Both the position numbers and the translations under genes were made by a program. The notes under the pieces were generated by a model. It ran no database searches. It was not told where the DNA came from and was given only the letters and a program-made list of their open reading frames with translations. From the NCBI GenBank assembly GCA_002633005.1, contig NMRA01000007.1:1378362-1442361 (forward strand): a stretch of 64,000 nucleotides of DNA, given 5' to 3'. The stretch comes from Phoronis australis. Taxonomy: Eukaryota > Animalia > Phoronida. Of the stretch, positions 12,301 through 24,300 are shown piece after piece. How positions within the stretch are numbered: the first letter of the stretch is position 1; every line of letters begins with the position of its first letter.

Positions 12301-15300
12301 TTAAGCTGAAAACCTGCTTTTCTGTCAAAAATAAACTTTTGATTTAGACAGTGATGAAATTGGCCTCTATTTCGTTACTTACTCATATACGGACATGTTA
12401 CATGAAACTTTGTTTCTGGATGTTCAGTTTAATGTATGTTTAAGTGAAGGTCATAGAAGTTTTGTGAAAACAGTCCTCGCTCTTCGTACTGTATGGTAGA
12501 ATGTAACGAAATATAAAATACATGTCTGTTTATCATGTGTGGTCTAACCGACAGGAGTTAAAGTTGGACACACTGGCACACGACCAACTGAAGTCTCTGG
12601 CGCCCTTGTTACTTCAGTTGTCACGTGACTTGGGGTATTCGTCCTATATGGATTATTACTGTCGAGACTGGCCCTGTCTGTTCACTCAGGAGCTGGGACC
12701 ATCTTCCATTTCACGAGGTTTGTATCAACTGGAAATATGTTGTACACATTTTGAATTATATAGTTAAGCATTATCTCCTGCATGATGTTGCAGTTGCTTA
12801 TATCTTCTTACCACATTTTTTAACAGTGATATCCATTACAGATTGTCCTCTGCAACATTGAATACTTCCTCTCGCTCAACATTCGATTTTGAATCCTAAT
12901 AATCTCTGTGTTTCTGTTCTAGTTTCTCTCTACTGATTGATATTACACTAAATACCATATTTGTTCATGTCATGTGACACAGCTTGTAATTGTTAACTTC
13001 ATGTGGCATTAAGCCTGTGTTGTCTCTTAGTTTTACATGAAGAGGAAGAAAAAGAGTATTCACCATGTTCCAACACGCAATACTTTGCATCCAAGCAAAC
13101 CAAAGGATTTATCATTAAAGCCCATGAGAACTTATTATATTTGTCTGTGATCATATAAACTGAGTTTGATTTTCATAGTTATGTGAGTTTGAGCATGTTA
13201 CCTCGGTTACGGATGTCATGTTCCAGATATGTGCAGTGCCATGCATTCCAATCCGTTGCTGTCGGAGACTCCTCCCAGTATTGTCCTTTGGCTGTCCACA
13301 CTGTTGAAGGGAGAGCATGTGGAATTGTTTCCTTATATACCTCCCGTTAACCAAAGGATAAAACGGGTAGTCGCTGTAAGTTCATTGAATTTCCTTTACA
13401 TATGGGGTTTGATTTTCAAACATTTTTTTGTTCCTTGGCCTGTCAACGTGATATTGTTGGCCAGGAAAGTGGGTTTTCTGTGATCAGCCTCAGCGTGAAA
13501 TCGAAATCACAACCTCAAGGGTTGCAGATCAGCGCTTTGTTGGTGGAGCCAAACCTCGCTTTATAAATGACAGAGCATTTTAAGTATATTTCCACAACTG
13601 GTGGAGCTAAACCTCACTTGATAACTGACGGAGCATTTTAAGCATATTGCCGTCACTGGTGGAGTCACCACCATTGATTTCAGTGAGTGGCTGGTAGACA
13701 ATTACAAAAACCACGGATTATGTTGTTTTATAGCTCTGGTCAAAGTTCATAATTTCAGGAAGTCTTCTCATAAGACAACAATCCCAAAAATGCATTTTCG
13801 ACCATAACACCGATCACACCCCTCAAATTTAAGAAGAATGTAAACGTTTTCAATTAAACACAGTTAAAGCCACAAAACACTTCTTCATCTGAATTTAAAA
13901 GGCTACTAAACCCTGTTTTAATGATTTCATTCCAATCCTCGTTCTGTCACCTACTCATGAATCAGTGGCGCCAATCTTAAAAGGTAAAAGCAGGAATCCT
14001 CTAAAAACTTATACACCCTATGTCACAGATTGGGTATTATGATTCTTGGTGGGTGATCTTTCCCACAGTTGCCGTGTAATTTTCTAAAGGCGTAGGTCAC
14101 GCTTGCCCATTTAGAAGACTTCAGAACGAGTTTTCAAGTTTTCCTCCAATCTTTTAAGGATTGTCGAGAGTTACAAAGTATTATTTTGTTTCAGGAAATT
14201 GGATGGGAGAGTTGTTTTTAATATCTGTTAATTAGCCGAAAGAGGGTTTGGTATCCATCTAAATGTTAGGAATATTTCCTAGCCATATATATTTGATACT
14301 TCTAGCTGTACACATTACTCACTACTGACCTTTCTACTGACCCCTCGATGGACAAGTACTTGAAGAGGATTGGTGGCCCATCAACAAGGTCCTCTACAAA
14401 TGAATTGTCCAAACTGTCCATGAACATTACACTGCGTGACTGCACTAACTCTACGGATGAGAGTCTAGTCATTTGTATGAACGAATTAGGTAAGTAGAGT
14501 GGATTTTTCAGTCAGTGGTAATCGTATATTTTGCAAGGACACCTGAATATTAATATCTGAACTTTATGTAAGTTTGATATTTTCTTTTCCGCTCTTGTAT
14601 CAACTTGAAATGAGCGTCATTGATTTTTTATAATGTTGCAATGAGCATCTTCAGGTTAGTGAGCTTGAAGTCATGTGTGCACTCACTGAATGTTGCGTCT
14701 GTTGCGCCGTTGTCACAGAAATGCACTCCATCTACACTCTGATGATAGGATAATAGTAATTAATAATAATAATGGTAATCATTATCATTATAATATTTTT
14801 TGTAAATTTTATAATAATAATAATAATAACAATATAATTATAAATATAATCATTTTGTTATTATAATTATTATCGTTATTATTGGTGGTTATTATTATAA
14901 TAATAACATTACTAATAGTAACAATGATGATGATAATAATAATAATAATAATAATAGTAATACTGTTACTCTTACTATTAAGGGATGACCATCCAAGATG
15001 TGGACAGCCTACCATTTGGTGTCAGTCTTCCCTTGAGAGAGGCCATCTTCAATTGCAGAAAGACTCCACCTGCAGACTGGCCAGAACAATTGTATCTCCT
15101 AATAGGTGAGTGCTATATAGGTGAACAATTCATATCTTTATTTACATGTGTATTTTTGCCTTTTTGATGTTTGAAAGTGTCATTGCACACACAACTTATG
15201 TGACTAATATGCTGGTGCGCTTGTGGGTGTGATTGGTCAATTGTATTTTGTTTTGTTTAGTTTTGTTTTTGGGTTAGTCGGACCAAGTAATTCATGTTCT

Positions 15301-18300
15301 GAAATAATGCCATGAGTCAGCATTTGTTATCAACAGTTGTGTTGTGTGTAAGGTGGATCTCATGGGCTTGTATATTTGGTATGTATTATCTGTGTTTGAA
15401 ATTTGAGCCGCCAAATGTGTGCAAGGTCTTGCTTTAGTTTTCAGTCTTTTTCAGAACCATATCTTTGCTCTATGTGATTCCAGTAACTTCAACTACACAC
15501 TTGAGTTGCTGGCTATGATTGAATAATTTGACAAAATCACATTATCTTGAAAATTTGTCCAAATTTGCTGTTTGTTAACGTGTTGTATTTAAGTTTGGTT
15601 TTTAAGGTCGCGAAGATCTGTCAAAGCAAGCTCACACAAAGGGTGAAAAGCTGTCAGTGCCGCCTGGGTCGCACCCATCTGCTAAATCCAAGAAAGAGGA
15701 TGAAGCTGATGGAATGGACCATTTAGATAAAGAGGTGTGTCCATGTAACACTAGCTATGTATGGTAGCTTGGGGCTCAGTGGGAAATGTATCACATTATT
15801 ATTGGTAAAGGCAATCAATTTTAAACTGCTTAGTATTAAACCAACCTGTATGGGACTACCCTCCTTGTAAATATTACATGAATAAATGAATAAATAAATA
15901 AATAAATATATATCAAGCTGCATCAGAATGGTTTAAATTTGTCTGACCTATATGTACGATAATTCTCCACTAATTTCGCACAAAAATAATCGGCAAAATT
16001 GTCTTTTGTTTCATTTTCAAAGGCTGTTGTTTTTGCTAGAAGTTGTGGAAACCTCACCAAATATTGTTTTACGACATCTACACAGTACAACCTATTGCAG
16101 TAACAGATTAAAATTTTCTTAATCTTTATTTTTAAAGAGAATTTTGACAAAATAAAATTTCACTCGTCAGCCACATTGTATGCTAAATAATCGAAGAGTT
16201 ACTGTATATAACTGACAATCTTCTAGATGGGTGACATGAAACACTGTTCATAACTTCTCTGTGGATATGATTATGGATATTTACAGGGCTTGAAATTTTC
16301 CGCTTTTAAGAGGATTTCCTCTTTTTTGTTTCAATTTCTTTTATTCGATTTCCAGATTCCTCTTTTTATGACATTATTTTGGCTTTATTCGTGCAAAAAC
16401 ATTTCTTGTATTAAATTATACAACACAAAAAATATTTCTGTCACATAACCCTATTTATTTGTAAACAATGCATCACCTGGAAAATTTTCCTCTTTTTTGT
16501 CATTGGTCATTCCAAGTCCTGTATTTAGTATCACACTTTTGATTTCATTTCAGTTTGCTTTTATCACTTCCTTTTTTCTTTGCCACGAGAGACTCGGACT
16601 CAACGTTTGGTTGAAATTTAGATCACCTGTGACTGAATTGGAGCGGTCAAATGTATGATGGGTTGGCTAGCTCTATGTATTTTTGCCTTGCAAGTGCTCA
16701 GCAGTTTTTTTGAATATAGAATATGAAGTCCTATCCTAAGGAGGATTTGAGATTGATTTTTATGAAAAACATCCTTGTTATGATTTAGTTTTTTTGAACA
16801 GCTTAACAGGACAGTTTTAAAAATAAAAGTGCAGTATAGAAATTGACTCATTTCAATATTATTATCATTATGAGCTGTTTTGGAAAAACATGGGTTCTGA
16901 AATACTTAATCACTTTTTAGTTGGAAAACTAATCTGCTATAAAACAACATTATTCCACATTTAACACGTAACTGTTGAGCAGGCAAGCCTCTACTGAAAG
17001 CTTGTTTCATTTCACGTCATGCAATGAGTTGTGATGGCTGGCGTATCAGCTGAAAATCCACCATGTTCTGCATTTCACCGTTACCTACTACTGTTTTACC
17101 ATGACAGGTGCTTCGCCTGCGATTCAGCGATGATCTGAGAATTCAAGAAGTCCGACGTTTACTTCAGTCATCCAAACCTGTTCGCATTGCTCTAACTCAA
17201 CAGCCTGAAGTGAGGTGTGTATCATCTGCCTGGTCTTGTGCACTTTAAAGCCGTGCACAGTGAGAAGGTCACAGCCAAAATTCAGGGAATGGAAGCCTAA
17301 ATTTAGTCAAGTTTTCTGCATGGTATCTAGACACTAATGAACTCTACCCAGTCCATTGTGTATTCATCCAAATCTGGGAAGAATGCTTAATTTCCATATT
17401 AAACTCCTCTTATTATTCACCGGTGGGTTTTAATAGATTTTAAGTATGCCACTGCACATGGGTTTTATTTTACAATAACCGAGTATTATTCATCAAGTAT
17501 TCAAAATGAAGTTCAATATTTCAATGGTTGTAAATTTTCATTGATACATTCTTCTTATCACATGACTGGCTAAAAGTATATTTTTTGTTTTAATAACATA
17601 GGCACAATGCTGAATTGCTGAGCAAGGAAATACACTAGTATCTGTTTATGTACATAACAGATCTCTTAAAATATCTGTCGACAACATGCTTAAAAATCTT
17701 GTTGTTTTCGTATGAATTTTTTTGTTGGTAAAGCTTTTAATCAACAGGTAAGGGATTTGTTGGTTGTCGTTTGAAAGTAAGTAGGATTTGCAAAGCTTTG
17801 TGGCGTTGACTTTGTTGGTCAATACTGAAGCCTTGGAACAGTGACCCCATCTCAAAACACTTGTTTGAAATCATGTTACATTGATTGAAGTCATTCTCTT
17901 TGGACTCTACGTTTCAAGAAAAAATGCTCTTGAGTATCACTTTAAACATCACTTTGTTCTCAAGTTGAATAGGAAATATACAGTGGATTCCAAGTTGAAG
18001 TCTTTATTGTAGTTGAAGTTTTAGGGGACCTTCATAAAGCTATTGCTTTGTTTTAGCGACCACGACTTCATCGAGGAACAAAAGCGGCACTTGTATGCAA
18101 CCTGTATACGCACCATGGCGCTGCCTGTTGGCCGCGGCATGTTCACCCTCTGTACCTATCATCCCATCGCCACGGAAACGCTTCCTATACCAAAGCTAGT
18201 CCTCACAGGTCGTGCTCCACCAAGGTAGGTAAGGTTTTAAATAACTGCTAAAACGGTGTTAGAGGCGTCACTTATTTGGTTTTTGATCTGTAGTGAAGGG

Positions 18301-21300
18301 AAAATCATCACGGCATTGTTAGAGCTAACACAAGCTGAGTATTGCACTGTGTTGTACATTTTGACAAAAACATGCATAAATGTGCAGTAACCATTTACCT
18401 CTAATAATAAGCATATTGATGCATAACTGGGGAGTCATTGACTGTCCCTTCTGTACAGTACAAGACAAATGTAATGAAGACAAAATAACATCTTGTTATG
18501 ATGTCTAATTCTGTTAACAGCAAAAATGAATGGTAATAACTATTAGGGCAGCAAAATTCCAATTACTAAATGGTTCAGCCACCTTACTAATTTCCCCTTC
18601 ATTCTCGGTCATAAGGGAAGACTACTCTGATAATGAATTCGACTTGCACCCAGCCTTCCTGACAGGGAATTCCGTGTCATTTTGTCTGAATACTTTTGGC
18701 TTGTACTGTATGTTGTGAATGATATTCTGAAAACCGCTCGTAACTCGCCAGATAATTCAATAATTTACATTTTGATTGACAGTAATTACTGGTGTCACTG
18801 TTCTTTTAGATCAAATTTTTGACTTGGATACTGATTCCTTATAAAATTGACAATCGTGGCAGTTTGGAGAACAAAATTAAAACTTTGTATCTGCGCATAC
18901 ATGCAACCCTGACATTTCCATGAAAAAACAACTTACATCTTGAGAGGAAAACGGGAATCTAGCAGCCAGAAGCTACATGTGAAGCAAAAGTGACAAGTAA
19001 TCAAAAATAACTAGAGTCCCTACAGCTGTTAGTTTCTCCCCCCTGTATTAAACTATCGAATATTACAAATGCAAGGACGTTCAGACAAATCCATTTACTA
19101 GAAAGACTGCGTCCATTATTTATCAAAAAGAACTGTTAGTATCAACAAAGCTTATATTGTCACTTTGATCTCGGTGATGTAGTCTAAACACAAAGAATAT
19201 GTAATGAAATATTTAGAAACGCTAAGACTAAGCTAAGACTGAGCTAAGACTGAGACTCGGGCGTAATGAAGTTTCCACATACTATGCTACCAATATCTTG
19301 TTTACCCAGGAACACAACTATTGACCTGACCCATTTTGAGAAGCCAGCCAACATGGAGATGTGGCCATCCTTCCATAACGGAGTGGCAGCAGGGCTTAGG
19401 ATAGCCAACTCCTCTCAGGTCAGATCAGGAGTGTTTCAAAACTGATCTTTTGTTACATTGATTCTCCTTTTAGTCAAATATTTGTACATTTTAATCTTTG
19501 AGTAATTCTGAGCATTCCCAAGGACCAGATATCTATAAGACTTGATGTTTACTTTCATCAGCTGTGCTTCCCTTCCAATGCTAAAATGTGGAATTGAAAG
19601 TGGACTTTCCTTTCCACAGCAGCATTGGTTTCAACACTCAGCCCTGTGCATGGTCGTTGTGTTTGTGCAGTTTTGCGAAAATATATCTGCCCCTTGTATT
19701 GGGTTTCCACAACAGCATACAGTGATGTTGGAGTACTTGGCAATACCTGCTGTACGGGGAAAAATGCAACTCACATGTGAAGCAGAAGTCAATCAGGATT
19801 CTTTGTGTGACTTTGTGGTCCTGTGTTCAACTTATATTATATCTTCATTCAGGTTAACTCCACGTGGATTACTTACAACAAGCCTAAAACCACTGAGCTA
19901 AGTTTCGAGCACGCTGGCTTCCTCATGGCTCTTGGTCTCAACGGTCACCTGGCGAGTTTGGCCACCATGAATGTGCATGACTACCTGTGTAAGGGGCACG
20001 AGCTGACCAGTGTTGGCCTCCTGCTTGGCATCAGTGCAGCCAAGTGAGTCACCACTGTCTTTGAAATGACAATGTCAAGTGAAGCTAGAATTCTTACATG
20101 TTTCTTCATGGAAACCATGGGCGGAGTGACGATGTTTAAATAGTGATTTATCCAAACTCTAATAAGTTTAATATGTTTTTAGTAAATAGTATTTTTTTGA
20201 ATATCAATACTGGCTAGTCATTGCTGATGTTTCATGTGCAAAATGATATGTTTGAATTGTAAACTAATTAAAACTTGTTTTATACGACATTCATTTATTT
20301 TTGTTGACAACAAAGAAGATACTTCAGTAAGTCTATGTGACATAACGCTGTATACTGCTCCAGAAACAAATTTAGAATTTTTAAATGGCGCCGGTTCTTA
20401 ATTTATATGTTTACAATGTGGAAGGAGTTTGCTGATTGTTTTGCCTTCTAATGTTTACACACAAATTGTTGACAATTGTTGGCGATGAACTTACACTCAC
20501 TTGCACCATTTGTTTGATGTAGGCGTGGCACCATGGACCTGTCCACAGTCCGTCTCCTCAGTATACACATCCCCGCCCTGCTGCCACCCTGCTCCACAGA
20601 GCTGGACGTGCCCCACAATGTTCAGGTGGCCGCCATCATGGGCATAGGGCTCGTCTACCAGGGCACCGCCCACAGACACGTCGCCGAGGTCCTGTTGTCA
20701 GAGATTGGCCGACAACCTGGACCTGACATGGACAACTGTATTGACAGGGAGTCTTACTCACTGGCAGCTGGACTGGCTCTGGGTTTAGTTATGTTAGGGG
20801 TGAGTATTGTTCTTCTCTGTTTGTGAGAAGGCTACATGATGGATACCAGTGTCCTTGTAGTGATGTTTAGTGTCTGCCCTTCACTTGCAAGTGTTGGGGC
20901 TCTGTGGATACACCTTAATTTTTGGGGTCCATGAAACTAATCCAGAAACCATACTAGCACAGAACAACACACAAATTGTATTGCTTTGGAAAATAAGGCA
21001 AATCTGGTGGTACTATAATCACTGGAAAATACCGGAGGATGCCCAGGAAATGAAACTTGTTTTTTATTTCTTTAGTTCTATTTCTTACGTCTTAGTGACG
21101 CATCCATTGACTCTATTTGTTTCTTCATTTGATTATTGCATGAAATCAGACACAGACACAGCCTTGGGCAAACACTGAATATTTGTGAAATTACGATTGA
21201 TAAGAATGACAATATGCAGTCATTGTTTTTGTAAAGCAACAGAAATTGTGTCAATCAACAGATATTTGAGAGTGATAATTTCCCATTTTCGTTTAGACAG

Positions 21301-24300
21301 TGTAGTTGTGGGTGGTTGATCATAATTTGCCTTTCACAATTTACAGTAACTCTCCACAAAAAGAATTGTCAAAGTTGTAATTTTTCATTTTTCAAAGACT
21401 GATTACTTTACTGCAAATAATGAAAAAATTATCAAAAGTTTTTTTATGACGTCTATAGAGTAAAAACCATGCCAGTAATAGACTAAAAAATTCTTAACCT
21501 TTTTGTGGAAAAAAATTGACAAACTAGAATTTCGCATGTTGGCCATATTGTGTGCTAAACATATGGAGAATTACCATGATAGGTTCCATTCTTGCAAACC
21601 TTAAGAATTGAATGTAATTTAATTCCTTAATTCAAGTCATGAAAAATACTTGTAATATGTAATCATTTGAGATGTCAAAAACTTGTATTGCAGATCAGTT
21701 CGTTTTAATTTCATTTTTTGTAGCAACAAAATATTGATTACATTTCATTCTCAACATGTTTATTTCATTGAATGAAAAGGAATTTTATCTTGTTCTGCAG
21801 ACAGTTATGTGAATATCATGAAGGACATTTATCCACTGACTGTTAAAGCAGATAGATTAACACTGAGGTCTTTGAGGCATGTCAGTGAAGAATGACTGTC
21901 ATGTGCGATTGGCCTCAAACAACTCTTGTTTTCATCAATACCATGGGTTCATAAATTGGTAAATAAAACAAGAATGGATCAACTGAAATTTGAAATTTTC
22001 GGATGTAGTAACTTCCTTTAACAACAAAAACTGTTTTTGTTGTTAAAGGAAGTTATTACATCCGAAAATTTCAAATTTCAGTTGATCCATTCTTGTTGTT
22101 TTATTTACCGATTTATATTCTTGAAACAATAGTATCCTTGGGAGGATCTGGATCGCCTTATTTAGTTTCAGATATATTTTCTACGTTATGGGTTCATAGG
22201 TACTCTAGAATTTTGTCTTCAGCTATAACTCTCAACTATGGATGACATCAAGTTTAATTGTCTTTTAGGTGGTAGTACTTTAAGTACTTGCATCATTAAG
22301 TGCCTCAAAAAATACTAGAATTACTTTGCAGTGATTCTAGTTGTTGTCTGATAAGTATCATTCCACGACAACTGGTTGTAATTTTCAGCGTTTTTATAAT
22401 GACCTGGTCTTGAGATCTAATGTCCGAAGGCAGACTTGACTCAGACTAAACGTAACCAGTCACAATTGCATTATTCAAGTACCAATTTGTAAGTCTACTC
22501 AAAGGGTGCCATTCAATTGATTTTAGAGTCAAGTTGAGGCTAAGTTGGTTCTAGTATGTATCCAGACTCATTTGGAGAATTGTGCTCATCGACTGAACAA
22601 AATCTGTTTCAGCCAAGGTCAAGGTCATGTGTTTTTTGTTTGAAGATCTATACAAGAGCATGCAAATACTGTTGATACACCGTGAGATTTGCTGAGTGAT
22701 AAGCAAAAGAAAAATTTTTCATTGTCTTAGGTAGATTTTCTTTTTTTGCAAATGAGCAACTAACGAAGACTGCCTCGCTGACTCGATTTTCACAGACCAG
22801 AACCAATTATGCTTTTTTGGATTCAGATGCCAAGGCCAGGTTTTTCAGTTTCTCATCTGCGTGTCAAAGTATCTTAAACATCCACGTCCACATATCAGTA
22901 GTGCCATCTAGTGTACTGGCACAGAACTAGCACGAGCCCCATCTGTCTGACAATTGTCTTTTTGGTGCATAAATGTCTACCAATCTTGACCTACTTATTA
23001 ACGTCAGTCCTCAATGCTAACATTTTGTGAATAATTCTGAAGTAGAGAAATCCTTGGACAGTGTAGTCCAAAAACCGTAACATGTCTTGTTCAGTAGTTT
23101 GTGTCTTTATTATCAAAAACCGTGCAGGAAGGTGAAGTTTGTGAAGTAAAGACAGTGAGAACTTCTTCTTGCTCAGCATATTATGCAGATACATGAATGG
23201 GAACAATGTCTGTTGCAGAAGGGGACTACAGCAATCGGTTTGGCGGATCTCAACATGGCTGACATATTGCATCACTTTATGGCAGGAGGTCACAAGCGTC
23301 AGGTGGTAAGAATACGGTAGTTTTTGTTACACCAATACTATGTGCTTGGCTTAATGCCCACCGTGTGATTTTTAAGTTATTCGCTTTTTAAGTGCCCCAG
23401 GTGTTTATCCTAAATTGTACAAACGTTCGCATTTGAAAAAATGGATACTCATAGGTCTGTCATGTGCAGTACCTTCATGCAAAGCCAGGTGGCAGCACGT
23501 CAGTATCCTCGTGTTGATGGGGCATTACTATTTCTTGTAATTCTACTGCATTGTTTGTTGCATTTTATTACATTTTCCAGCCTGGAGTCAACAAAGAGAG
23601 GTTCCGTTCACCTAGTTGTGTAATTAAAGAGGGGGACTCTGTCAACGTTGACGTCACATCACCAGGTGCAACATTGGCACTAGGAATGATGTTCTTTGGC
23701 TCAAATAACAGGTGTGATGAAAATAGTTTAAATTTCATTTGATCGTTCATTGATAAAAGTGAGAAATAATTTGAAGTCGATAAATCTTTTAACTTTTTCN
23801 GTGGGTACGAAATAAAAGTGCCTTCCCCCCCCTCCCATACAGATTTTGCTGGAACAGCCCTTACTGCAAATAATGAAAAAATTATCAAAAGTTTTTTTAT
23901 GACGTCTATAGAGTAAAAACCATGCCAGTAATAGACTAAAAAGTTCTTAACCTTTTTGTGGAGAAAATTGACAAACTAGAATTTCACATGTCGGCCATAT
24001 TGTGTGCTAAACATATGGAGAATTACCATTATAGGTTCCATTCTTGCAAACCTTAAGAATTGAATGTGATTTAATTCCTTAATTCAAGTCATGAAAAATA
24101 CTTGTAATGTGTAACCATTTGAGATGTCAAAAACTTGTATTGCAGATCAGTTCGTTTTTAATTTCATTTTTTTTAGTAATAAAATATTGATCACATTTCA
24201 TTCTCAACATTCTTACAGTTTATTTCATTGAATGAAAAGGAATTTTATCTTGTTCTGCAGACAGTTATGTGAATATCATGAAGGACATTTATCCACTGAC

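Larger units (their letters stand above)
8970..12719. repeat. Near-identical direct duplication 8970-11248 / 11250-12719 joined by one N
   Basis: Both copies start atgtcacgtatggtagttct; they differ by SNPs, small indels and an 811-bp MITE. Confidence 0.93.

Noticed and set aside
10515-12717. Mutually exclusive or tandem exon duplication as a real APC1 innovation
   Set aside because: Breakpoint is an assembly N, introns are near-identical, doubling shifts the frame, and the same artefact pattern occurs three times in the window.
14809-15109. Poly-Ile/Leu 'membrane protein' ORFs (also 46176-46382)
   Set aside because: Microsatellite translations.
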